Assembly: GCA_964016885.1 (NCBI GenBank)
Contig: OZ024741.1
Coordinates: 209,312,001-209,376,000, forward strand
Length of the DNA: 64,000 nt
From: Eledone cirrhosa
Lineage: Eukaryota
Reading direction: 5' to 3'
Under the pieces are notes generated by a model that saw only the letters and a program-made list of their open reading frames with translations, searched no databases and was not told where the DNA came from. The position numbers were made by a program, and so were the translations under genes. Shown here in pieces: positions 51,101 through 64,000 of the stretch (position 1 is its first letter; each line of letters begins with the position of its first letter).

Positions 51101-54100
51101 TCAAGAGTTGATAACCCCAACTTAACTTAACCCCAACTTAACTTAACCGCAACTTAACTTAACCGCAACCTAACTTAACCCCAACTTAACTTAACCGCAA
51201 CCTAACTTAACCCCAACTTAACTTAACCGCAACTTAACTTAACCCCAACCTAACTTAACCCCAACTTAACTTAACCGCAACTTAACTTAACCGCAACCTA
51301 ACTTAACCCCAACTTAACTTAACCGCAACTTAACTTAACCGCAACTTAGCTTAACCCCAACCCTTGGTGGGATCGATCTGTAATTACTGGTATATGTGCA
51401 GACACTCATTGGCTGTGTGTGGCCTGATTTTCAGAAAGATATCTCCGTAAAATAACGAGTGGTGGCTGCGTAAAATAATGAATTACGCACGAAAATGAGA
51501 AAATTTCGATTCTCGATCGTGGGCCGGCCGGATGTCGGATCGATTCGTAAATACAAGGATAATGTGCGGACACTCCTTGGCTGTGTGCGGCATGATTTTC
51601 AGGACGATATCTCCGTAAAATCAAGAGTTGATAACCCCAACTTAACTTAACCTCAACTTAACTTAACCGCAACTTAACTTAACCGCAACTTAACTTAACC
51701 GCAACCTAACTTAACCCCAACTTAACTTAACCGCAACTTAACTTAACCCCAACCTAACTTAACCCCAACTTAACTTAACCGCAACTTAACTTAACCGCAA
51801 CCTAACTTAACCCCAACTTAACTTAACCGCAACTTAACTTAACCGCAACTTAGCTTAACCCCAACCCTTGGTGGGATCGATCTGTAATTACTGGTACATG
51901 TGCAGACAATCATTGGCTGTGTGTGGCCTGATTTTCAGAAAGATATCTCCGTAAAATAACGAGTGGTGGCTGCGTAAAATAATGAATTACGCACGAAAAT
52001 GAGAAAATTTCGATTCTCGATCGTGGGCCGGCCGGATGTCGGATCGATTCGTAAATACAAGGATAATGTGCGGACACTCCTTGGCTGTGTGCGGCATGAT
52101 TTTCAGGACGATATCTCCGTAAAATCAAGAGTTGATATCCCCAACTTAACTTAACCCCAACTTAACTTAACCGCAACTTAACTTAACCGCAACCTAACTT
52201 AACCCCAACTTAACTTAACCGCAACCTAACTTAACCCCAACTTAACTTAACCGCAACTTAACTTAACCGCAACTTAGCTTAACCCCAACCCTTGGTGGGA
52301 TCGATCTGTAATTAGTGGTACATGTGCAGACACTCATTGGCTGTGCGTGGCCTGATTTTCAGAAAGATATCTCCGTAAAATAACGAGTGGTGGCTGCGTA
52401 AAATAATGAATTACGCACGAAAATGAGAAAATTTAGATTCTCGATCGTGGGCCGGCCGGATGTCTGATCGATTCGTAAATACAAGGATAATGTGCGGACA
52501 CTCCTTGGCTGTGTGTGGCATGATTTTCAGGACGATATCTCCGTAAAATCAAGAGTTGATAACCCCAACTTAACTTAACCCCAACTTAACTTAACCGCAA
52601 CTTAACTTAACCGCAACCTAACTTAACCCCAACTTAACTTAACCGCAACCTAACTTAACCCCAACTTAACTTAACCGCAACTTAACTTAACCCCAACCTA
52701 ACTTAACCCCAACTTAACTTAAGCGCAACTTAACTTAACCGCAACCTAACTTAACCCCAACTTAACTTAACCGCAACTTAACTTAACCGCAACTTAGCTT
52801 AACCCCAACCCTTGGTGGGATCGATCTGTAATTACTGGTACATGTGCAGACACTCATTGGCTGTGTGTGGCCTGATTTTCAGAAAGATATCTCCGTAAAA
52901 TAACGAGTGGTGGCTGCGTAAAATAATGAATTACGCACGAAAATGAGAAAATTTCGATTCTCGATCGTGGGCCGGCCGGATGTCGCATCGATTCGTAAAT
53001 AGAAGGATAATGTGCGGACACTCCTTGGCTGTGTGCGGCATGATTTTCAGGACGATATTTCCGTAAAATCAAGAGTTGATAACCCCAACTTAACTTAACC
53101 CCAACTTAACTTAACCCCAACTTAACTTAACCGCAACCTAACTTAACCCCAACTTAACTTAACCCCAACCTAACTTAACCCCAACTTAACTTAACCGCAA
53201 CTTAACTTAACCGCAACCTAACTTAACCCCAACTTAACTTAACCGCAACTTAACTTAACCGCAACTTAGCTTAACCCCAACCCTTGGTGGGATCGATCTG
53301 TAATTACTGGTACATGTGCAGACACTCATTGGCTGTGTGTGGCCTGATTTTAAGAAAGATATCTCCGTAAAATAACGAGTGGTGGCTGCGTAAAATAATG
53401 AATTACGCACGAAAATGAGAAAATTTCGATTCTCGATCGTGGGCCGGCCGGATGTCGGATCGATTCGTAAATACAAGGATAATGTGCGGACACTCCTTGC
53501 CTGTGTTTCGCATGATTTTCAGGACGATATCTCCGTAAAATCAAGAGTTGATAACCCCAACTTAACTTAACCCCAACTTAACTTAACCGCAACTTAACTT
53601 AACCGCAACCTAACTTAACCCCAACTTAACTTAACCGCAACCTAACTTAACCCCAACTTAACTTAACCGCAACTTAACTTAACCCCAACCTAACTTAACC
53701 CCAACTTAACTTAACCGCAACTTAACTTAACCGCAACCTAACTTAACCCCAACTTAACTTAACCGCAACTTAACTTAACCGCAACTTAGCTTAACCCCAA
53801 CCCTTGGTGGCATCGATCTGTAATTACTGGTCCATGTGCAGACACTCATTGGCTGCGTGTGGCCTGATTTTCAGAAAGATATCTCCGTAAAATAACGAGT
53901 GGTGGCTGCGTAAAATAATGAATTACGCACGAAAATGAGAAAATTTCGATTCTCGATCGTGGGCCGGCCGGATGTCGGATCGATTCGTAAATACAAGGAT
54001 AATGTGCGGACACTCCTTGCCTGTGAGCCGCATGATTTTCAGGACGATATCTCCGTAAAATCAAGAGTTGATAACCCCAACTTAACTTAACCCCAACTTA

Positions 54101-56710
54101 ACTTAACCGCAACTTAACTTAACCGCAACCTAACTGAACCCCAACTTAACTTAACCGCAACCTAACTTAACCCCAACTTAACTTAACCGCAACTTAACTT
54201 AACCCCAACCTAACTTAACCCCAACTTAACTTAACGGCAACTTAACTTAACCGCAACCTAACTTAACCACAACTTAACTTAACCGCAACTTAACTTAACC
54301 GCAACTTAGCTTAACCCCAACCCTTGGTGGGATCGATCTGTAATTACTGGTACATGTGCAGACACTCATTGGCTGTGTGTGGTGGCCTGATTTTCAGAAA
54401 GATATCTCCGTAAAATAACGAGTGGTGGCTGCGTAAAATAATGAATTACGCACGAAAATGAGAAAATTTCGATTCTCGATCGTGGGCCGGCCGGATGTCG
54501 GATCGATTCGTTAATACAAGGATAATGTACGGACACTCCTTGCCTGTGTGCAGCATGATTTTCAGGACGATATCTCCGTAAAATCAAGAGTTGATAACCC
54601 CAACTTAACTTAACCCCAACTTAACTTAACCGCAACTTAACTTAACCGCAACCTAACTTAACCCCAACTTAACTTAACCGCAACCTAACTTAACCCCGAC
54701 TTAACTTAACCGCAACTTAACTTAACCCCAACCTAACTTAACCCCAACTCAACTTAACCGCAACTTAACTTAACCGCAACCTAACTTAACCCCAGCTTAA
54801 CTTAACCGCAACTTAACTTAACCGCAACTTAGCTTAACCCCAACCCTTGGTGGGATCGATCTGTAATTACTGGTACATGTGCAGACTCTCATTGGCTGTG
54901 TGTGGCCTGATTTTCAGAAAGATATCTCCGTAAAATAACGAGTGGTGGCTGCGTAAAATAATGAATTACGCAGGAAAATGAGAAAATTTCGATTCTCGAT
55001 CGTGGGCCGGCCGGATGTCGGATCGATTCGTAAATACAAGGATAATGTGCGGACACTCCTTGGCTGTGTGCGGCATGATTTTCAGGACGATATCTCCGTA
55101 AAATCAAGAGTTGATAACCCCAACTTAACTTAACCCCAACTTAACTTAACCGCAACTTAACTTAACCGCAACCTAACTTAACCCCAACTTAACTTAACCG
55201 CAACCTAACTTAACCCAAACTTAACTTAACCGCAACTTAACTTAACCCCAACCTAACTTAACCCCAACTTAACTTAACCGCAACTTAACTTAACCGCAAC
55301 CTAACTTAACCCCAACTTAACTTAACCGCAACTTAACCCCAACTTAGCTTAACCCCAACCCTTGGTGGGATCGATCTGTAATTACTGGTACATGTGCAGA
55401 CACTCATTGGCTGTGTGTGGCCTGATTTTCAGAAAGATATCTCCGTAAAATAACGAGTGGTGGCTGCGTAAAATAATGAATTACGCACGAAAATGAGAAA
55501 ATTTCGATTCTCGATCGTGGGCCGGCCGGATGTCGGATCGATTCGTAAATACAAGGATAATGTGCGGACACTCCTTGGCTGTGTGCGGCATAATTTTCAG
55601 GACGATATCTCCGTAAAATCAAGAGTTGATAACCCCAACTTAACTTAACCCCAACTTAACTTAACCGCAACTTAACTTAACCGCAACCTAACTTAACCCC
55701 AACTTAACTTAACCGCAACCTAACTTAACCCCAACTTAACTTAACCGCAACTTAACTTAACCCCAACCTAACTTAACCCCAACTTAACTTAACCGCAACT
55801 TAACTTAACCGCAACCTAACTTAACCCCAACTTAACTTAACCGCAACTTAACTTAACCGCAACTTAGCTTAACCCCAACCCTTGGTGGGATCGATCTGTA
55901 ATTACTGGTATATGTGCAGACACTCATTGGCTGTGTGTGGCCTGATTTTCAGAAAGATATCTCCGTAAAATAACGAGTGGTGGCTGCGTAAAATAATGAA
56001 TTACGCACGAAAATGAGAAAATTTCGATTCTCGATCGTGGGCCGGCCGGATGTCGGATCGATTCGTAAATACAAGGATAATGTGCGGACACTCCTTGGCT
56101 GTGTGCGGCATGATTTTCAGGACGATATCTCCGTAAAATCAAGAGTTGATAACCCCAACTTAACTTAACCTCAACTTAACTTAACCGCAACTTAACTTAA
56201 CCGCAACCTAACTTAACCCCAACTTAACTTAACCGCAACCTAACTTAACCCCAACTTAACTTAACCGCAACTTAACTTAACCCCAACCTAACTTAACTCC
56301 AACTTAACTTAACCGCAACTTAACTTAACCGCAACCTAACTTAACCCCAACTTAATTTAACCGCAACTTAACTTAACCGCAACTTAGCTTAACCCCAACC
56401 CTTGGTGGGATCGATCTGTAATTACTGGTACATGTGCAGACACTCATTGGCTGTGTGTGGCCTGATTTTCAGAAAGATATCTCCGTAAAATAACGAGTGG
56501 TCGCTGCGTAAAATAATGAATTACGCACGAAAATGAGAAAATTTCGATTCTCGATCGTCGGCCGGCCGGATGTCGGATCGATTCGTAAATACAAGGATAA
56601 TGTGCGGACACTCCTTGGCTGTGTGCGGCATGATTTTCAGGACGATATCTCCGTAAAATCAAGAGTTGATAACCCCAACTTAACTTAACCCCAACTGAAC
56701 TTAACCGCAA
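42131..56710 (+). repeat. Three dispersed copies of a ~6-monomer block starting near 42131, 48761 and 53279
   Basis: Ordered markers TTTTAAGAAAG, GGCATCGATC, GTGGTGGCCT, CAGACTCTC, 5-bp tract deletion, GGCATAATT. Offsets are 6630 and 11148 (ORFs 44256/50886/55404). Confidence 0.9.
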
Positions 56711-58317
56711 CTTAACTCAACCCCAACTTAACTTAACCGCAACCTAACTTAACCCCAACTTAACTTAACCGCAACTTAACTTAACCCCAACCTAACTTAA
56801 CCCCAACTTAACTTAACCGCAACTTAACTTAACCGCAACCTAACTTAACCCCAACTTAACTTAACCGCAACTTAACTTAACCGCAACTTAGCTTAACCCC
56901 AACCCTTGGTGGGATCGATCTGTAATTACTGGTACATGTGCAGACAATCATTGGCTGTGTGTGGCCTGATTTTCAGAAAGATATCTCCGTAAAATAACGA
57001 GTGGTGGCTGCGTAAAATAATGAATTACGCACGAAAATGAGAAAATTTCGATTCTCGATCGTGGGCCGGCCGGATGTCGGATCGATTCGTAAATACAAGG
57101 ATAATGTGCGGACACTCCTTGGCTGTGTGCGGCATGATTTTCAGGACGATATCTCCGTAAAATCAAGAGTTGATATCCCCAACTTAACTTAACCCCAACT
57201 TAACTTAACCGCAACTTAACTTAACCGCAACCTAACTTAACCCCAACTTAACTTAACCGCAACCTAACTTAACCCCAACTTAACTTAACCGCAACTTAAC
57301 TTAACCGCAACTTAGCTTAACCCCAACCCTTGGTGGGATCGATCTGTAATTAGTGGTACATGTGCAGACACTCATTGGCTGTGCGTGGCCTGATTTTCAG
57401 AAAGATATCTCCGTAAAATAACGAGTGGTGGCTGCGTAAAATAATGAATTACGCACGAAAATGAGAAAATTTAGATTCTCGATCGTGGGCCGGCCGGATG
57501 TCTGATCGATTCGTAAATACAAGGATAATGTGCGGACACTCCTTGGCTGTGTGTGGCATGATTTTCAGGACGATATCTCCGTAAAATCAAGAGTTGATAA
57601 CCCCAACTTAACTTAACCCCAACTTAACTTAACCGCAACTTAACTTAACCGCAACCTAACTTAACCCCAACTTAACTTAACCGCAACCTAACTTAACCCC
57701 AACTTAACTTAACCGCAACTTAACTTAACCCCAACCTAACTTAACCCCAACTTAACTTAACCGCAACTTAACTTAACCGCAACCTAACTTAACCCCAACT
57801 TAACTTAACCGCAACTTAACTTAACCGCAACTTAGCTTAACCCCAACCCTTGGTGGGATCGATCTGTAATTACTGGTACATGTGCAGACACTCATTGGCT
57901 GTGTGTGGCCTGATTTTCAGAAAGATATCTCCGTAAAATAACGAGTGGTGGCTGCGTAAAATAATGAATTACGCACGAAAATGAGAAAATTTCGATTCTC
58001 GATCGTGGGCCGGCCGGATGTCGCATCGATTCGTAAATAGAAGGATAATGTGCGGACACTCCTTGGCTGTGTGCGGCATGATTTTCAGGACGATATTTCC
58101 GTAAAATCAAGAGTTGATAACCCCAACTTAACTTAACCCCAACTTAACTTAACCCCAACTTAACTTAACCGCAACCTAACTTAACCCCAACTTAACTTAA
58201 CCCCAACCTAACTTAACCCCAACTTAACTTAACCGCAACTTAACTTAACCGCAACCTAACTTAACCCCAACTTAACTTAACCGCAACTTAACTTAACCGC
58301 AACTTAGCTTAACCCCA
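51863..58317 (+). repeat. Three-monomer block ~51863-53278 repeated at ~56901-58316 (offset 5038)
   Basis: GACAATC/GATATCCCC monomer of 424 bp, then the ATTAGTGG variant monomer, then the 472 bp GATATTTCC monomer. ORF pairs 51910/56948 and 52854/57892. Confidence 0.85.
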
Positions 58318-58836
58318 ACCCTTGGTGGGATCGATCTGTAATTACTGGTACATGTGCAGACACTCATTGGCTGTGTGTGGCCTGATTTTCAGAAAGATAT
58401 CTCCGTAAAATAACGAGTGGTGGCTGCGTAAAATAATGAATTACGCACGAAAATGAGAAAATTTCGATTCTCGATCGTGGGCCGGCCGTATGTCGGATCG
58501 ATTCGTAAATACAAGGATAATGTGCGGACACTCCTTGGCTGTGTGCGGCATGATTTTCAGGACGATATCTCCGTAAAATCAAGAGTTGATAACCCCAACT
58601 TAACTTAACCCCAACTTAACTTAACCGCAACTTAACTTAACCGCAACCTAACTTAACCCCAACTTAACTTAACCGCAACCTAACTTAACCCCAACTTAAC
58701 TTAACCGCAACTTAACTTAACCCCAACCTAACTTAACCCCAACTTAACTTAACCGCAACTTAACTTAACCGCAACCTAACTTAACCCCAACTTAACTTAA
58801 CCGCAACTTAACTTAACCGCAACTTAGCTTAACCCC

Positions 58837-61800
58837 AACCCTTGGTGGGATCGATCTGTAATTACTGGTACATGTGCAGACACTCATTGGCTGTGTGTGG
58901 CCTGATTTTCAGAAAGATATCTCCGTAAAATAACGAGTGGTGGATGTGTAAAATAATGAATTACGCACGAAAATGAGAAAATTTCGATTCTCGATCGTGG
59001 GCCGGCCGGATGTCGCATCGATTCGTAAATAGAAGGATAATGTGCGGACACTCCTTGGCTGTGTGCGGCATGATTTTCAGGACGATATTTCCGTAAAATC
59101 AAGAGTTGATAACCCCAACTTAACTTAACCCCAACTTAACTTAACCCCAACTTAACTTAACCGCAACCTAACTTAACCCCAACTTAACTTAACCCCAACC
59201 TAACTTAACCCCAACTTAACTTAACCGCAACTTAACTTAACCGCAACCTAACTTAACCCCAACTTAACTTAACCGCAACTTAACTTAACCGCAACTTAGC
59301 TTAACCCCAACCCTTGGTGGGATCGATCTGTAATTACTGGTACATGTGCAGACACTCATTGGCTGTGTGTGGCCTGATTTTCAGAAAGATATCTCCGTAA
59401 AATAACGAGTGGTGGCTGCGTAAAATAATGAATTACGCACGAAAATGAGAAAATTTCGATTCTCGATCGTGGGCCGGCCGGATGTCGGATCGATTCGTAA
59501 ATACAAGGATAATGTGCGGACACTCCTTGGCTGTGTGCGGCATGATTTTCAGGACGATATCTCCGTAAAATCAAGAGTTGATAACCCCAACTTAACTTAA
59601 CCCCAACTTAACTTAACCGCAACTTAACTTAACCGCAACCTAACTTAACCCCAACTTAACTTAACCGCAACCTAACTTAACCCCAACTTAACTTAACCGC
59701 AACTTAACTTAACCCCAACCTAACTTAACCCCAACTTAACTTAACCGCAACTTAACTTAACCGCAACCTAACTTAACCCCAACTTAACTTAACCGCAACT
59801 TAACTTAACCGCAACTTAGCTTAACCCCAACCCTTGGTGGGATCGATCTGTAATTACTGGTATATGTGCAGACACTCATTGGCTGTGTGTGGCCTGATTT
59901 TCAGAAAGATATCTCCGTAAAATAACGAGTGGTGGCTGCGTAAAATAATGAATTACGCACGAAAATGAGAAAATTTCGATTCTCGATCGTGGGCCGGCCG
60001 GATGTCGGATCGATTCGTAAATACAAGGATAATGTGCGGACACTCCTTGGCTGTGTGCGGCATGATTTTCAGGACGATATCTCCGTAAAATCAAGAGTTG
60101 ATAACCCCAACTTAACTTAACCTCAACTTAACTTAACCGCAACTTAACTTAACCGCAACCTAACTTAACCCCAACTTAACTTAACCGCAACCTAACTTAA
60201 CCCCAACTTAACTTAACCGCAACTTAACTTAACCCCAACCTAACTTAACTCCAACTTAACTTAACCGCAACTTAACTTAACCGCAACCTAACTTAACCCC
60301 AACTTAATTTAACCGCAACCTAACTTAACCCCAACTTAACTTAACCGCAACTTAACTTAACCGCAACTTAGCTTAACCCCAAGCCTTGGTGGGATCGATC
60401 TGTAATTACTGGTACATGTGCAGACACTCATTGGCTGTGTGTGGCCTGATTTTCAGAAAGATATCTCCGTAAAATAACGAGTGGTGGCTGCGTAAAATAA
60501 TGAATTACGCACGAAAATGAGAAAATTTCGATTCTCGATCGTGGGCCGGCCGGATGTCGGATCGATTCGTAAATACAAGGATAATGTGCGGACACTCCTT
60601 GGCTGTGTGCGGCATGATTTTCAGGACGATATCTCCGTAAAATCAAGAGTTGATAACCCCAACTTAACTTAACCCCAACTTAACTTAACCGCAACTTAAC
60701 TTAACCGCAACCTAACTTAACCCCAACTTAACTTAACCGCAACCTAACTTAACCCCAACTTAACTTAACCGCAACTTAACTTAACCCCAACCTAACTTAA
60801 CCCCAACTTAACTTAACCGCAACTTAACTTAACCGCAACCTAACTTAACCCCAACTTAACTTAACCGCAACTTAACTTAACCGCAACTTAGCTTAACCCC
60901 AACCCTTGGTGGGATCGATCTGTAATTACTGGTATATGTGCAGACACTCATTGGCTGTGTGTGGCCTGATTTTCAGAAAGATATCTCCGTAAAATAACGA
61001 GTGGTGGCTGCGTAAAATAATGAATTACGCACGAAAATGAGAAAATTTCGATTCTCGATCGTGGGCCGGCCGGATGTCGGATCGATTCGTAAATACAAGG
61101 ATAATGTGCGGACACTCCTTGGCTGTGTGCGGCATGATTTTCAGGACGATATCTCCGTAAAATCAAGAGTTGATAACCCCAACTTAACTTAACCTCAACT
61201 TAACTTAACCGCAACTTAACTTAACCGCAACCTAACTTAACCCCAACTTAACTTAACCGCAACCTAACTTAACCCCAACTTAACTTAACCGCAACTTAAC
61301 TTAACCCCAACCTAACTTAACTCCAACTTAACTTAACCGCAACTTAACTTAACCGCAACCTAACTTAACCCCAACTTAATTTAACCGCAACTTAACTTAA
61401 CCGCAACTTAGCTTAACCCCAACCCTTGGTGGGATCGATCTGTAATTACTGGTACATGTGCAGACACTCATTGGCTGTGTGTGGCCTGATTTTCAGAAAG
61501 ATATCTCCGCAAAATAACGAGTGGTCGCTGCGTAAAATAATGAATTACGCACGAAAATGAGAAAATTTCGATTCTCGATCGTCGGCCGGCCGGATGTCGG
61601 ATCGATTCGTAAATACAAGGATAATGTGCGGACACTCCTTGGCTGTGTGCGGCATGATTTTCAGGACGATATCTCCGTAAAATCAAGAGTTGATAACCCC
61701 AACTTAACTTAACCCCAACTTAACTTAACCGCAACTTAACTTAACCGCAACCTAACTTAACCCCAACTTAACTTAACCGCAACCTAACTTAACCCCAACT

Positions 61801-64000
61801 TAACTTAACCGCAACTTAACTTAACCCCAACCTAACTTAACCCCAACTTAACTTAACCGCAACTTAACTTAACCGCAACCTAACTTAACCCCAACTTAAC
61901 TTAACCGCAACTTAACTTAACCGCAACTTAGCTTAACCCCAACCCTTGGTGGGATCGATCTGTAATTACTGGTACATGTGCAGACACTCATTGGCTGTGT
62001 GTGGCCTGATTTTCAGAAAGATATCTCCGTAAAATAACGAGTGGTGGATGTGTAAAATAATGAATTACGCACGAAAATGAGAAAATTTCGATTCTCGATC
62101 GTGGGCCGGCCGGATGTCGCATCGATTCGTAAATAGAAGGATAATGTGCGGACACTCCTTGGCTGTGTGCGGCATGATTTTCAGGACGATATTTCCGTAA
62201 AATCAAGAGTTGATAACCCCAACTTAACTTAACCCCAACTTAACTTAACCCCAACTTAACTTAACCGCAACCTAACTTAACCCCAACTTAACTTAACCCC
62301 AACCTAACTTAACCCCAACTTAACTTAACCGCAACTTAACTTAACCGCAACCTAACTTAACCCCAACTTAACTTAACCGCAACTTAACTTAACCGCAACT
62401 TAGCTTAATCCCAACCCTTGGTGGGATCGATCTGTAATTACTGGTACATGTGCAGACACTCATTGGCTGTGTGTGGCCTGATTTTCAGAAAGATATCTCC
62501 GTAAAATAACGAGTGGTGGCTGCGTAAAATAATGAATTACGCACGAAAATGAGAAAATTTCGATTCTCGATCGTGGGCCGGCCGGATGTCGGATCGATTC
62601 GTAAATACAAGGATAATGTGCGGACACTCCTTGGCTGTGTGCGGCATGATTTTCAGGACGATATCTCCGTAAAATCAAGAGTTGATAACCCCAACTTAAC
62701 TTAACCCCAACTTAACTTAACCGCAACTTAACTTAACCGCAACCTAACTTAACCCCAACTTAACTTAACCGCAACCTAACTTAACCCCAACTTAACTTAA
62801 CCGCAACTTAACTTAACCCCAACCTAACTTAACCCCAACTTAACTTAACCGCAACTTAACTTAACCGCAACCTAACTTAACCCCAACTTAACTTAACCGC
62901 AACTTAACTTAACCGCAACTTAGCTTAACCCCAACCCTTGGTGGGATCGATCTGTAATTACTGGTATATGTGCAGACACTCATTGGCTGTGTGTGGCCTG
63001 ATTTTCAGAAAGATATCTCCGTAAAATAACGAGTGGTGGCTGCGTAAAATAATGAATTACGCACGAAAATGAGAAAATTTCGATTCTCGATCGTGGGCCG
63101 GCCGGATGTCGGATCGATTCGTAAATACAAGGATAATGTGCGGACACTCCTTGGCTGTGTGCGGCATGATTTTCAGGACGATATCTCCGTAAAATCAAGA
63201 GTTGATAACCCCAACTTAACTTAACCTCAACTTAACTTAACCGCAACTTAACTTAACCGCAACCTAACTTAACCCCAACTTAACTTAACCGCAACCTAAC
63301 TTAACCCCAACTTAACTTAACCGCAACTTAACTTAACCCCAACCTAACTTAACTCCAACTTAACTTAACCGCAACTTAACTTAACCGCAACCTAACTTAA
63401 CCCCAACTTAATTTAACCGCAACCTAACTTAACCCCAACTTAACTTAACCGCAACTTAACTTAACCGCAACTTAGCTTAACCCCAAGCCTTGGTGGGATC
63501 GATCTGTAATTACTGGTACATGTGCAGACACTCATTGGCTGTGTGTGGCCTGATTTTCAGAAAGATATCTCCGTAAAATAACGAGTGGTGGCTGCGTAAA
63601 ATAATGAATTACGCACGAAAATGAGAAAATTTCGATTCTCGATCGTGGGCCGGCCGGATGTCGGATCGATTCGTAAATACAAGGATAATGTGCGGACACT
63701 CCTTGGCTGTGTGCGGCATGATTTTCAGGACGATATCTCCGTAAAATCAAGAGTTGATAACCCCAACTTAACTTAACCCCAACTTAACTTAACCGCAACT
63801 TAACTTAACCGCAACCTAACTTAACCCCAACTTAACTTAACCGCAACCTAACTTAACCCCAACTTAACTTAACCGCAACTTAACTTAACCCCAACCTAAC
63901 TTAACCCCAACTTAACTTAACCGCAACTTAACTTAACCGCAACCTAACTTAACCCCAACTTAACTTAACCGCAACTTAACTTAACCGCAACTTAGCTTAA
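58837..64000 (+). repeat. 3104 bp (6-monomer) periodicity at the right end of the window
   Basis: ORF pairs 58884/61988, 59356/62460, 59876/62980, 60428/63532. The marker CCCCAAGCCTTGG has its AAGCC at 60381 and 63485. Confidence 0.88.

Larger units (their letters stand above)
1..64000. repeat. Complex satellite DNA array, ~125 head-to-tail monomers, modal length 520 bp (280 bp core + 15 x 16 bp tract); runs off both window edges
   Basis: The core AACCCTTGGTGGGATCGATCTGTAATTAC...GATATCTCCGTAAAATCAAGAGTTGATAACCCC recurs throughout with only a few substitutions per copy. The repeated ORF in the supplied track is mostly spaced 520 bp apart (e.g. 14597, 15117, 15637, 16157). I saw no unique sequence or inversion. 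Confidence 0.99.

Noticed and set aside
592-53476. Second ORF family MYLRIDPTSGRPTIENRNF...
   Set aside because: It opens only in monomers where TTTTCAG changes to TTTTAAG, removing a stop. It starts at a non-ATG codon and runs into the minisatellite, so it is a chance reading frame.
248-63750. More than 100 near-identical 64-88 aa minus-strand ORFs (MILRRYRPENHAAH...) as a tandem gene family
   Set aside because: They are the translation of the satellite core. The 'Met' is a TTG, I recognise no domain, and copies carry stops and frameshifts (e.g. near 648, 1260, 1730, 3700, 18400, 45900). The internal ILRRY repeat just mirrors the DNA duplication.
1-64000. CRISPR-like repeat/spacer array
   Set aside because: The alternating segments are both repeated, there are no unique spacers, lengths (280 and ~240 bp) are far outside the CRISPR range, and there are no cas genes or leader.
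1-64000. Autonomous mobile element or insertion inside the array (including piggyBac at the many TTAA sites)
   Set aside because: No unique sequence, long ORF, terminal repeats or target-site duplication seen. TTAA abundance follows from the unit sequence.
1-64000. Sequencing or amplification concatemer artefact
   Set aside because: Rare variants recur in ordered combinations at distant positions and define subfamilies, which a single-template concatemer with random errors would not produce. Local misassembly of block order cannot be excluded.

Overview
The whole 64 kb window is one uninterrupted head-to-tail satellite DNA array, most likely eukaryotic. I count about 125 monomers, all in the same orientation. 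The modal monomer is 520 bp: a conserved 280 bp core plus a tract of fifteen 16-bp units, consensus AAC(T/C)TAACTTAACC(C/G)C, in a fixed order. Length variants (376-632 bp) differ almost entirely by whole 16-bp units. The core holds two diverged copies of a ~91 bp motif about 168 bp apart and is rich in CpG and short dyad symmetries. On the minus strand the 16-mer is built from TTAAG/TTAGG and TTGGGG/TTGCGG, so it resembles insect telomeric motifs. Shared rare variants reveal multi-monomer duplications and a distinct central subfamily domain (~13.5-34.8 kb). I found no credible gene, RNA gene, transposase or CRISPR array; the ORF track is a by-product of the repeat. All counts and alignments were done by eye, and the taxonomic and functional ideas are inference.
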